Under the pieces are notes generated by a model. It saw only the letters and a program-made list of their open reading frames with translations. It was not told the DNA's origin and ran no database searches. From NCBI GenBank assembly GCA_964016885.1, contig CAXHJY010001288.1, positions 62,001 through 126,000 on the forward strand: DNA of 64,000 nt, in the 5' to 3' direction. Shown here one piece after another: positions 13,428 through 28,555 of the stretch. Origin of the DNA: Eledone cirrhosa (lineage: Eukaryota). Position 1 is the first letter of the stretch. Each line of letters starts with the position of its first letter. The position numbers and the translations under genes were made by a program.

Positions 13428-14175
13428 GTAAAATCCTGTTATAACTGGTATCATGATGTTTAGAATAGTAACTCTTTTATGACTGTATTTCTAATAAAAT
13501 AATACACTTATTTCAATTCATTTATGCAACATTTCAGGGATTTACTAAAATTATTAATTATTTCATTATTATGATAGTGACTTAACCCAGCCAAAACCGG
13601 CCCTGGTTCTATGAAATAAAACCACACATTTTAAAGGTTCCCAGTTTAAATTAAAATCTTCCACCTTAATTTTATATAAGAAGCTTACATTAAGTTACTC
13701 TCTTAGTAATGAAATAATGAATATTTTCAGTAAATCTTTCAAAATTCTTCATTAATTAATTAAAATAGAGTGTATTTCTTTAGAAATGTAGTCATGAAAG
13801 AGTTAACATGATTCTTTCATAAAATTATATTGAAAGATATTAGTTTAAATAGGTACCATTGAAAATGAGTTGCTTTGTTTCATAGAAGCAGAGCCAGTTT
13901 GGTATCAAATGGGTTAACTTGTAATGAGTATTCATTGTTGCTTGTTGAATAGTAGTTGAGGATGTATCACCTCTCTAGTCTCGAAGCTGAAAAACCTATT
14001 ACATGGTGTTATTCAAAGTGACAAGAGACAGTTTTTATTTTGGCTTACATAGAACAACAAAAAGGGACTTTAACTGTTTTGTTACTATATTTCTAATGAA
14101 ATATACTGCCTATAATTTTAAAATCATTATGAGAATAATCAAGAATTGGTTAACAGTAACATATTGATGTATCTG

Positions 14176-14415
14176 GTTGAAGGTGACACCATATGAGACT
14201 GTCTTATGGTTGAAGGTGACACCATATGTCTCTAATAACATTTTGTCCCCAGCTAATTTACAGCTATTCTATAACAATAACAACATTTTGACCCCAGCTA
14301 ATTACAGCTAAACGATAACAAAAACAACATTTTGACCCCAGCTAATTACAGCTATTCTATAACAATAATAACATTTTGACCCCAGCTAATTACAGCTACT
14401 CTATAACAGTAACAA
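14176..14415. repeat. Short duplication (GGTTGAAGGTGACACCATATG x2) followed by a ~45-bp tandem repeat x4
   Basis: AACATTTTGACCCCAGCTAATTACAGCTATTCTATAACAAT repeated. Confidence 0.85.
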
Positions 14416-14469
14416 TCAGTTCTTCAAAGTTTGTAACTCAGTTAAAATTTTGTGGGATTTTTTTTCCAG

Positions 14470-14562
14470 TTTCTTGAAACAATGTCTGAAAGAATCTTAA
14501 AAGGAATAGAAGAAGCTAGCAAAGATCTTCAACGAGAAAACCATGAACGTATTATACAAGAA
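14470..14562 (+). CDS. PDXDC1: PDXDC1 internal coding exon
   Basis: TTTTTCCAG acceptor, GAA|GTAAGT donor, 93 nt, phase 0-0. Encodes FLETMSERILKGIEEASKDLQRENHERIIQE. Confidence 0.92.
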
Positions 14563-15726
14563 GTAAGTTGTCATTCTATGATTTCTTTAAATAACTCAAA
14601 TATTTTCCCCATGAAGTTTTCTCTCGGGAGTTTTACTATTTTGTACTTCATCATCACTGCCACTGCCACCATAGCAACAACAGCAGCAGAGGTATATTTT
14701 CAATGATTGAATGGATTAAAAAGGTTGTTATATTATGAGGCTTGACATTCCAGGTGACTGCATGTCGCTCAAATGTTCCATTCAGGCACGGTTTCTATGA
14801 GTGGTTGCCACTTCCTAATGCCAACCACTTTACAGCAAGTGTCATGTGCATTTTATTGTGGCACCAGCACTACCACTTTACAGGGTGGACTAGATGCATT
14901 TTATTGTGGCACCAACACTACCACTTTACTCATCCTTTTTGAGACAGTGTTATGCAGACAAATGCCCTCCTTAATGCCAACCCTTTTAGTCATGACAGTC
15001 AGGGATATGTTGTATTTATTCTAAACTGGATACACACAGCAATGTTAACTATACAAAAGAGTTATCTCTGTAATATTTTGTGCAATGTGTCTTAGTGATT
15101 TCAAAATTTGGTTAAATGATTTTTAGGAAATGTCTTAAATGAAATCTCAGATACAAATGCCTTAGTGTTGGAATGTGATAGTACTGACTACACAATAAAA
15201 TGTGCTCAGCCCACACAGAAAAGTGGAAGTACTGGTGTCCTGATGAAATGGACTTGGCTCACTTTGTAAAAGTGGTAGTGCTGGTGACATGAAAAAAAGT
15301 ACCCAATTGACTCTGCCAGATGGTAGTAGTGGTACCATAAGAAAACGAACCCAGTAGACACTGTGGAATGGTTGGTGTTAGGAAAGGTATCCAGCCATAG
15401 AAACCATGGAGTGTATCAGTCAGACATAGCCGCCTGACCTGCATGTCTAGCCACAGAATGTGACAATCCATCTAACCTATGCGAGTGTAGAAAATTGACA
15501 CAAACAGTGATGATGATGATATTTTCTATGATGTGAATCTGTGACTCAACTTCAATTCTAATTTGTATCTTCTTAACATCTGTTGTTCTTGTAAAATACA
15601 TGAACAGCACGATGATTCTTTTCTGTCTTCCTATATGTTATTGCATTTTCATATTTGTGTGTGTTTTTAATTGCTTATTCAAATCATTTTTGCTTCTCAT
15701 CAAATGAAAACATTGATGTATTTTAG

Positions 15727-15826
15727 GGTCTCCTTCGACAAGTGCCTTTGGTGGGTTCCCTTCTGAATTGGTGGTCCCCGCCACCAAAAGAAGCACTCAA
15801 GGGAAGGACATTTGATTTAAGTTCAG
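15727..15826 (+). CDS. PDXDC1: PDXDC1 internal coding exon (most diagnostic segment)
   Basis: TTTTAG acceptor, CAG|GTAAAT donor. Encodes GLLRQVPLVGSLLNWWSPPPKEALKGRTFDLSS(G), which matches the PDXDC1 motif as I recall it (GVLRQIPVVGSVLNWFSP...KGRTFNL). Confidence 0.93.
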
Positions 15827-15984
15827 GTAAATATTGTCTTTATTATGTGCATGCATGTTTATAAATAGAGACACTGACCTTAAGAAGTTAAACTTCAACA
15901 CGGAGATGTGTCTAAAAGGGATCTCTCCACTCAATGAGGTCCCTCATCTCTCACCATATTTACTTTTAGTATCGTCGTCTACTT

Positions 15985-16700
15985 ATTATTATTCTTTGCC
16001 CACTTGTTCCTGGGAAGATCGTAGCAGCAGAGTCCTGAAGCACACCTTCTATTGGGTCTTGACAGATGCAACTGCCTCCAATTGATCTGGCTGGATCCCC
16101 AAGTGAGACCAGCTGAGCTCATGGATGTTATCCAACCATCTTGCTCGGGGTCTACCCCTGGGTCTCCTGCCTCTTGGTTTCATCTGTTATATCTGTTCAG
16201 TGATTCTTTCTTGAGACATTCTACCCATGTGTTCATAATATCAGAGCTGTGATATTTCAATTTGGAGAAATAATGACTTTCCTTGGAGCAGCTCTCTGAT
16301 CTCCAAGCTATGCACTCTATCGAGTAACATTACTCCAAAGACCCATTGGAGGAACCCCATTTTGGCCGCTTATGTTTGTGATTGTATTCTTTCAGTTACT
16401 TCTAGTGTCTTTTTAATATTGTTTGATGGGTCTTTTCTTGCATATTAAGTCACTAGTTATCACATTCCTATATCATCTCCTTTGTCAGTTTCAGTTTCTT
16501 TGTACCATTGCTTCCTTTACTGCCATTGTTGCCAGCAAAGGTATTGTAGTTTGAATACAACCATCAAACAATCTTGTCTTTCACTCCTAACGAGACTCCC
16601 ATTGTTACCAGCAGAGGTAACAACTTACTGAATTTTTTCTACCTTGTTCTCACTCTGGCTACAACATTTTCACTATATCCACTTCCATTGCTAATAAGAT
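15985..16700 (-). mobile_element. Old degenerate RTE-like LINE 3' fragment
   Basis: The minus strand at ~16130-16172 encodes GRRPRGRPRARWLDNI, a typical RTE C-terminal motif. Boundaries approximate. Confidence 0.6.
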
Positions 16701-17141
16701 ATTCTAGCTAACAAAGCTTTCTACAGACCTGCCAACCTCTAAAAACCCAAATGGGGAGTACCATGAAAAAAAGTGGTGGCACAAAACGGAGAAATGAGGC
16801 AAAATGGGGATATTTTACATAATGAAAGCTATACCCATTTTCACAAGTGAAGACATCTCTCACCCACCCCAAAGTGGGTGGAAGATCTCCCTGTCGGACG
16901 GGGAGAGTTGACAGGTCTGTTTCTACCACTTTTAATGAATGTTCTAAGCATTTGAGGGAGTTTATGTCATGAGTAACTTTAATTTTTCTTATTCCTGTGC
17001 ACCTGTCACATATGAAGTTTAGATGTGAATTATTTTAATTCACATATTGAAAATTACTTTACTACTTCAATATTTTGTTATATCATAATCGTTGTGCCAC
17101 AGCTTACTGTATCATGATCTTGATTTTTCTCTTTGTCACAG

Positions 17142-17496
17142 GGCGGATAATTTCTACAGAAACAACATATAAATATCACATGCAGATTCAGGAAGACAGT
17201 GATAGCATTAAGAATCCATCACCATTACCGCCGCCACCTCTGGATATGAATCAGAAATCCGTGCAGTTACATGCGACAGCACAACATGTCGATAGCAGCC
17301 ATGACACCACATTGGAAGATGGTGCTAATGATGACAATAATGAACAGTCTGTTAGTATTGATAAAAATATTAATGCTGTGCCAGCAACAGAGGAAGAGTT
17401 AGAAAATATTGTACAAACCGCTCCTCCAACTGATGCTGAGACTACAGAAGAAAGTACCAATGTAAATACTGTATCAGAACAAATCGCTACTGATGG
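17142..17496 (+). CDS. PDXDC1: PDXDC1 penultimate coding exon (or terminal exon if read to TGA at 17498-17500)
   Basis: CTTTGTCACAG acceptor, phase compatible with the previous exon. Encodes (G)RIISTETTYKYHMQIQEDSD... followed by an acidic low-complexity tail. Ends at GG|GTGAGT. Confidence 0.88.
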
Positions 17497-17716
17497 GTGA
17501 GTTTTGTGAGAATGACAGGGTGAACATTTGTGTTCTCTTTGTTCCTTGATTGTTTATTGTTGAGGTCAGTTTAGTACAAAAAGATGACCATTGATGATGA
17601 TGATGATGCCATTGACAATTTCTAATTTAGGAATAAGGTCAACAATTTTCGGGGAGAGGAAATTGATTATATTGATCACAGTACTTGACTGATACTTTAA
17701 CCTGTTGACTGGCACA

Positions 17717-19115
17717 TATATTTTACACAGCTACAGCTGCGTATACTTTACACAGCTACAGTTGCGTATACTTTACACAGCTACAGTTGCGTATACTTTA
17801 CACAGCTACAGTTGCGTATACTTTACACAGCTACAGTTGCGTATACTTTACACAGCTACAGTTGTGTATACTTTACACAGCTACAGTTGCGTATACTTTA
17901 CACAGCTACAGTTGCGTATACTTTACACAGCTACAGTTGTGTATACTTTACACAGCTACAGTTGCGTATACTTTACACAGCTACAGTTGCGTATACTTTA
18001 CACAGCTACAGTTGTGTATACTTTACACAGCTACAGTTGCGTATACTTTACACAGCTACAGTTGTGTATACTTTACACAGCTACAGTTGCGTATACTTTA
18101 CACAGCTACAGTTGCGTATACTTTACACAGCTACAGTTGCGTATACTTTACACAGCTACAGTTGCGTATACTTTACACAGTTACAGTTGCGTATACTTTA
18201 CACAGCTACAGTTGTTTATACTTTACACAGCTAAAGTTGCGTATACTTTACACAGCTACAGTTGTGTATACTTTACACAGCTACAGTTGCGTATACTTTA
18301 CACAGCTACAGTTGCGTATTCTTTACACAGCTACAGTTGTGTATACTTTACACAGCTACAGTTGCGTATACTTTACACAGCTACAGTTGTGTATACTTTA
18401 CACAGCTACAGTTGCGTATACTTTACACAGCTACAGTTGCGTATACTTTACACAGCTACAGTTGTGTATACTTTACACAGCTACAGTTGCGTATACTTTA
18501 CACAGTTACAGTTGCGTATACTTTACACAGCTACAGTTGTTTATACTTTACACAGCTAAAGTTGCGTATACTTTACACAGCTACAGTTGCGTATACTTTA
18601 CACAGCTACAGTTGCGTATACTTTACACAGCTACAGTTGCGTATACTTTACACAGCTACAGTTGCGTATACTTTACACAGCTACAGTTGTGTATACTTTA
18701 CACAGCTACAGTTGCGTATACTTTACACAGCTACAGTTGCGTATACTTTACACAGCTACAGTTGTGTATACTTTACACAGCTACAGTTGTTTATACTTTA
18801 CACAGCTACAGTTGCGTATACTTTACACAGCTACAGTTGTGTATACTTTACACAGCTACAGTTGTGTATACTTTACACAGCTACAGTTGTGTATACTTTA
18901 CACAGCTACAGTTGCGTATACTTTACACAGCTACAGTTGCGTATACTTTACACAGCTACAGTTGTGTATACTTTACACAGCTACAGTTGTGTATACTTTA
19001 CACAGCTACAGTTGTGTATACTTTACACAGCTACAGTTGCGTATACTTTACACAGCTACAGTTGCGTATACTTTACACAGCTACAGTTGTGTATACTTTA
19101 CACAGCTACAGTTGC
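17717..19115. repeat. 25-bp minisatellite (GTATACTTTACACAGCTACAGTTGC/T), about 56 copies, intronic
   Basis: Directly visible and highly homogeneous. The main variant is CG>TG. Confidence 0.98.
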
Positions 19116-19932
19116 TGAAGTTATGAACTGTTCGAAATGAGTTATATCGTCTGTGGCACTGAAATGCAAACATGTTAGGACGAGTTATCTCGTCTACAGC
19201 ACTGAAGAGGTTAAAGTTGACCTTGGCAAAGCTTTGAACTCAGAATATAAAGAATGAGAACAAATACCACTAAGGCATTTTATCTGATGCTCTACCGATT
19301 CTGTCAATCTACTACCATTGATGAAATCATTACCGGCAGACATAATGTCATCTGATTCAACCCTTTCTTTCATTACCTTATTTCCAAAAAGACATTGCCT
19401 ATGATTTTCAAATAATCAAGAATTTGGAAGATATTTAATAATATAGCTAACTTTCTCATTATTAACTGGTGTTTGGATCAGGACAAAGATTCTTGCATAA
19501 AATTATTAAAGGCTTTTAGATAAATATAAATATGTTAAAATGAACAACTTTGTATCATAAATCTGAGGCAGTTTGGTATTAAAAGAGTTAACACCACCAC
19601 ACTATCACCACCACTTAGCCTTTGGGTGCTTTCAGCAGAGTCCACTCTACTGTGGCCTTTGGGTCACTTCAGTGGAGTCCACACTGTTGTAAACATTTGG
19701 ACCAGGTTTTCAGTTTTAGGATACTTTTTTTCCCATCCATCAATTCCCCATTCCCTAAAAAGGGTCATGAGCATTGCCTTTCTTACTGACCAAGTGATAA
19801 AATGTAAAAAGGTTGACAAAATGAAACTTAAGTAATTCAAACCAATGTTGTTATCAACTTATTTTGTTACCACAAAGCCCTGCGATGTCTTACAATAGAT
19901 CACTTTCTTAGAATTATTTCAAACCTCATGAT

Positions 19933-20157
19933 TTAACTCTTTAGCATTTAAACTGGCCATATCTGACCAGAATTCTCTTACCTCTTTCTGTTCAAACTGG
20001 CTATAACTGGCTGCTCATACTGACGTTAAGGTATAGTTCTCAAATAAATAATACCAAAATCTCATAGATTCAATGTGTGAGATAATTATGTAAGATAAAG
20101 CCTTTACCACAAAAATACAATAGTATATATAGAGTAATGTAAATGCTAAAGGGTTAA
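19933..20157. mobile_element. piggyBac-type MITE
   Basis: TTAA at both ends; TIR ACTCTTTAGCATTTA / TAAATGCTAAAGGGT. Confidence 0.75.
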
Positions 20158-20273
20158 CTGAAGTTTATGTCACAAAAACAATCAGTCATGTAAATATTCA
20201 AATATCTTTTGAAAACATTAATTGAGACCAAAGGAAAATAGTATTTAATGAAGAAATCATAATCTGCTATTAA

Positions 20274-20345
20274 TTCTTGGTAGTATAGTGGTAAGTATCC
20301 CCACCTGTCATGTGGGAGACTGGGGTTCAATTCCCTGCCAGGAGG
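20274..20345 (+). pseudogene. tRNA-Asp(GTC)-derived copy, probably a pseudogene
   Basis: 72-nt match to the metazoan tRNA-Asp sequence as I recall it (TAGTATAGTGG...CTGTCA...GGGGTTC.ATTCCC). Differences are mostly CpG>TpG/CpA. Confidence 0.85.
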
Positions 20346-20619
20346 GATTATTTATTTGGCTATATGATCCAGTTTAAAATAGATACACCATACCCCTGCA
20401 TGTTGTAAGAAGCAATTAAAAGGGTTGATGTCAGGAAGAGTATCTGACTGTAAAACATTGCCTCGAAAAGTCCCCTACCACCTATACCAGCATGGAAAAG
20501 TCATGGAAAATAAATAAGATGATGAATCTGCGAATCTTTCTCCTTTGTATTGGTCTAAGATGCTAAATCTTCCAGCATAGTATATCTAGGACTACATTAG
20601 TCTATGTGACCTGTCTTGT

Positions 20620-20847
20620 TTAACCCTTTATATATAGAGTAATTTATATTTATTATTGTATTTTCGCAATAAAGGCTTTATATCACATAATTATCTTACA
20701 TAATATTGAATCTATGAGATTTTGATATTATTTATTTTGAGAACAATACCTTAACATCAGTATGAGCAGCTGGTTGCAGCTGGTTTGAATAGAAAGAAGT
20801 GAGAGAATTCTGGCCGGATATGGCTGATTTAAACGCTAAGGGGTTAA
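20620..20847. mobile_element. Second copy of the same piggyBac-type MITE, in opposite orientation
   Basis: TTAACCCTTTA...TAAGGGGTTAA. The body is the diverged reverse complement of 19933-20157. Confidence 0.75.
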
Positions 20848-22526
20848 GATGGTAGGGTGTGATTTGAGATAGATTTTGGTTGCTATTTTTAGCAGATTGA
20901 TTTACTGCATCAATCTAGGTACTAGACTTGAAACTACTTGAATCTAGGGTTTCTAAATTGTGCACTATCCATTGTGTTGTCTATTACTAAGTCCATTACT
21001 CATCTTGTCCTGTTGTGCTACATGTCATGGTTGAATGGTTAATGACAGGAAAGAACACCTAGATGTCAAAATATTCCCATTTGGTAAAACTAATGTCATC
21101 TAATGCATGATACATTGAAAACTTCATGTTCATATAGTAATTGTTGAAAGGACCAGCAGGGTGGCTTTGAGGAAATTTGAGCTAAGACTGCTGACTAATC
21201 AAACACCAATCAGTTACATAGTGGCTCTGATACTTACAGTTAATAACTCTACTTACTATATCTTAAATAGAGACATAATACATCACTGATGATGAGGGGG
21301 CAGGGAATAACCCCCCCCCCCCCCTCCCTCGACACACAAACACTCACTGATTCAACCAGCTGTGACTTTCAAATGTAAAACTTCAAATAAAACAATACTG
21401 GAACTTTTACTTTTCCAGTGTATCATCATCATCATCATCATTTTATGTCCATATTCCATGATATCATGCGTGAGTTGAATGAGTTGCCATCTTCTGAGAC
21501 TGGAAAGGTCAGTGACCATGTTTTGCACGTACATTCTAGTTATGCATGGTTTCTATAGTTGGCTGCTCTTCCTATCATCAACCACTTTACAATATGTCCT
21601 ACCACTTTATCGAATGTGTTGAGTGTATTTTATTGTGGCACCAGCGCTACCATTTTACAGATTCAACTGGGTGCATTTAATCATAGTAATAGGGTTAAAG
21701 AAAAAGAAAAAATGATTTTAAGCAGAAAGTGAAAAACAAAAGACTGAATTCGCAGTTGCTATAGAATGATATTTTTTTCAGTCTTTCTGCACTCTGAATT
21801 CAAATATTGCCAAGGTCAACTTTGCCTTTCATCCTCTCAGGGGTTATAAAATAAAGTACCAGTCCAAGTTAGTGGATTGGTGGAATTATTAGTGTTGGAT
21901 GAGTTGTTTTGTCGTGTTTCTTCTCGTATCTTGTATTCTGAATTCAAATTTCACTGCAGCTTATTTACATAGGAGACTTAATCTGCCATACAGATTAACC
22001 TTTTTGATATCAAACTGCCGAACACCAACCATGGTTCTATGATAAAAAGCTATTTATTTTTAAATGTTTATATTTATTTAAAAACCTTCCATCATTATTG
22101 TATTTAAGAACCTTTGTTATGTTCCAGACACCAGAAAATTAGTTATAATCCCTCCAATTTATTTATATGAAAACCATGGGCAGTACTTTTCATTAGAAAT
22201 ATAGTAACAAAAAGTTTAACTCCATCACTTGGCCTTTGGTCTTCTTGCAAGTATTGGTGTCCGGTATCTGGTTTCAGTATGATATCTTCCACCATCCCCT
22301 TCACCAACCTCAGTGGTTCTGATACCTACCACCCTCCCTCTCACCTATCTCAGAAGCCCTGATCCCTTTCTTCCTTCCTCATGACTTTCAGTATCCGATG
22401 CCCTGAAAAGGACCATTGGGTACCATCCCTTTTCCTAACTAAATTGAAATTTTGTTTTAATTTATAAATTCTGAACCTGTAATTTCACTTGTAGTTGAAT
22501 GTTTCTGTTTGTTGATGTCATTTCAG

Positions 22527-22569
22527 GGAGCTAGCTACGACAGAGTCCAGTGAACTAACAGACAAGTGA
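22527..22569 (+). CDS. PDXDC1: PDXDC1 probable terminal coding exon
   Basis: TTTCAG acceptor after a T-rich tract. Phase-2 join GG|G gives [14 protein letters not shown], with composition continuous with the preceding acidic Ser/Thr tail. Confidence 0.7.
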
Positions 22570-22712
22570 GCTGTATTGGATACTAACACATGCTATCTTG
22601 GGTATATCTATCTATGTTACACTTACAGGGTATTTTAGGGTATATCTATATTGCAGATTATATTTGGCTTTTATAATAAGCAGCTGGAAAACTCTACAAG
22701 TTAGGCAACTTA

Positions 22713-22714
<2 letters not shown>

Positions 22715-22787
<73 letters not shown>

Positions 22788-22868
22788 ATATATGTGTGTG
22801 TATATATGTATATATGTGTGTGTATATATGTATATATGTATATACATATATACATATATGTATATATG

Positions 22869-22899
<31 letters not shown>

Positions 22900-23415
22900 G
22901 TGTATGTATATATATATGTATATATATGTATGTATATATATGTATATATATATATGTATATGTATGTATATGTATATATATATATATGTATGTATATGTA
23001 TGTATATGTATATATATATATATGTATGTATATGTATGTATATATGTATATGTATGTATATATATATATGTATGTATATATATATATATATGTATGTATG
23101 TATATGTATGTATATATATATATGTATGTATATATATATATGTATGTATATGTATGTATATATATATATGTATGTATATATATATATGTATGTATATATA
23201 TATATGTATGTATATATATATATATATATGTATGTATATATATATATGTATGTATATATATATATGTATGTATATAGATGTATATATATATATGTATGTA
23301 TGTTGGTATATGTGTATATATATGTATATGTATATATATGTATATATATGTATATGTATGTATATGTATATATATATATGTATGTATGTGTATATGTATG
23401 CATATGTATATATAT

Positions 23416-23449
<34 letters not shown>

Positions 23450-23476
23450 GTATGTATGTGTATATGTATGCATATG

Positions 23477-23512
<36 letters not shown>

Positions 23513-23521
23513 TGTATACAT

Positions 23522-23618
<97 letters not shown>

Positions 23619-23735
23619 TGTATGTATATATATATGTATGTATGTATATATATGTATGTATGTATGTATATGTATATATATGTATGTATATATATATGTA
23701 TGTATGTATATGTATATATATGTATGTATATGTAA
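22715..23735. repeat. (TA)n/(TATG)n compound microsatellite
   Basis: Directly visible. Confidence 0.98.
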
Positions 23736-23911
23736 GGTAGATATAAGTTCTGTATTATCGTGTATATATAGAAGTATAGTATACGATATATATGGTGTGA
23801 GTATATATATATATATATATATAGATATAGATATAATGGGTTATATAGTGGGGGTGTGTGATCTGTATTTGTAAAACGCGCAGCACACACGCACACATAA
23901 TATAACACACA

Positions 23912-23947
<36 letters not shown>

Positions 23948-24115
23948 CATTATATCTACCTGCTGTATGCAGCAGCCCTCTCTCTTTTGGGGGATGGGGT
24001 CTTCTTTTTCTAAATAGGTTCTCTATATGAAGTTTGTAAGTGACACAATTATCTGAATGTTTTCAGCTAGCTAACTTGGTCAGAGCCCTGTGTTTATATG
24101 TATGTGGATGAGTGG

Positions 24116-26487
<2,372 letters not shown>

Positions 26488-26554
26488 AGTTCAAAATACC
26501 AAACTCCTGGCTGATCTCATGAAAGGGTGAAAGCAGATATTCTGTGTATATATA

Positions 26555-26626
<72 letters not shown>

Positions 26627-26629
26627 CAC

Positions 26630-26706
26630 ACACAGTGTTCCAAACAATGTATACACACTTTGATTAGAATGCTGTTGAAGTGTGTATACATTTATTTGGG
26701 ACATTG
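26630..26706. mobile_element. Degenerate copy of the tiny Tc1/mariner-type MITE at 44595
   Basis: CAGTGTTCCAAACAATGTATACAC...TTAGAATGCTGTTGAAGTGTGTATACATTTATTTGGGACA aligns with 44595-44691. Confidence 0.6.
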
Positions 26707-26858
26707 GGAAATCCTGTGTGTAATATATATATATATATATATAGTAATAATAATAATAAATTTGAAGACTAAAATATATTATATATATAGTAGTAATAGT
26801 TTGGTAAAGATATCTAAAGTGTAGAGCAACTCAAGTCCGTAGGGTGAATTGAAATATA

Positions 26859-27070
26859 ATTACTAAGGCCAGTTACTACAATGGCACCATAGCAGGTACA
26901 TACGTTTCATTAGCTCTGAGGACCAACTTGTTCAACCTGTGCTGATGAAAATGAACCCGAAAACATTCTGCTGTTCATTTTTATTGGCACAGGTTGAACA
27001 AGTTGGTCCTCCAGACTAATGAAACATATGTACCTGCTTTGGTGCCATTGTAGTAAGTGGTCTTAATAAT
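26859..27070. repeat. Long imperfect inverted repeat (~98-bp arms, 16-nt spacer)
   Basis: ACTACAATGGCACCA...GAGGACCAACTTGTTCAACCTGTGC mirrored by GCACAGGTTGAACAAGTTGGTCCTC...TGGTGCCATTGTAGT. Confidence 0.9.
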
Positions 27071-28555
27071 TGTTTCTACTTTTGGCACAAGGCCAGCAAT
27101 TTTTTTCCAGTGTATTACTGGTACTTTATTTTATCGTGGTCTTAATAATAATATATAGATATGTGTGTGTGGGCACAATCAGTTTTTTGTGGGTGATGGC
27201 AAAATATATGAGTGCTGTATACATATATTTATAATTGTGAAAATAAACAGTGCCAGATTGCATATATATATATATATAGTTCAAGGAGACAACAAACAGA
27301 AGTACATACACACATACACACATATATAATAAAATAGAGATAAATTCAAATAAGATCTTCTCACTGATTGTCCCATTCTCTGTTTCTCCCACCACACTTT
27401 CTCTCTCACTCTTTATTATTTAGTAGTATTTTGCAAAGATGTTAATCTATAAGCTATATTTCCATTATTCCATTCCTTATGGCCATTTTAAGAAAAAGTT
27501 TCCTGGTAGATTTGCCATAAAACAGTTCCTTAATCTTGACTATGTCACATTTAGTTTGTATTAAATTTCAATAGTGTTGTTTATGTGTTTACTTTTATAC
27601 CTGTTTTGGTTTTGGTTGAGTTAGTTAGTTTCTTTCACAAGGCTCTCTTCTCATATGTTCTTGATATTCTGGTTATTTTAAAAATAAACCTTAGCAGTCT
27701 TTATTCTAAAATTGGAACAAGGCAGAAAAGATTAGGGAAGCCACTGCACAAAGATGGCACACAAGTTCCCTGAAACATTCCATATTTTCTCCCCAGGTCA
27801 ACTTTACTTATCATCCTTCTGAGGTCATTATCATCATCATCATCATCATCATTATCATCATTGTTTAACATCTATTTGTCCATGCTTGCATGGATTAGAC
27901 AGGTTGTCACATTATGAGACAATTCATGTTAGATGACCACGTCTTGTTTATAGGTTAATAAAATAAAGTACTAACTGGTCTAGTATTGGTGTTGATGATT
28001 TTAACTGTATATACTATTGAACGAGGTGCCACATGATAGTCAATTTGACTGAAATCAGCAAAAGAATCATAGAAGAAATTGCTGAGGAATATCAGAAAGT
28101 TTTATTTGCTAATATATAATTAATCATCCTAACTGTGAGAAGGTGATGTCATATGGGATGACAAATGTCAACTTTATCTAACCTTCTGAAATGGCACCAT
28201 GTTTCTCCCTTGCTGTCTACTGCCTGTTCGTGGATAAGATCTCTTTTACTAAGGGCAGATGGGAATTTTAACAAACAGCCCTCAACTCTCTTCATACCTG
28301 TGATGTTTTTAGTACAGGCATCAACAAGTAGGAGCCAATGACTCTCTACATATCATTGAAGGGGACAGCAGACTTTATCACCAGATGGAGTGATAATGAT
28401 GATGTTGATGATAGTTTCACTTCATATAATTGTGAATAGAGTTTTGTTTTTAAGTATTTTTGAATATTGCTATATCTATATTTCTTTATTTGATTATAAT
28501 CTCAGCAATAGTTAAGAAATTTGTCTGACATAAATATAATCTAAGTGACAGCACT

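Noticed and set aside
17705-19140. Long ORFs (up to 443 aa) of LRILYTATVAYTLHSYSCVYFTQLQ repeats
   Set aside because: Translation of a stop-free 25-bp minisatellite; all three + frames give the same peptide; located in an intron.
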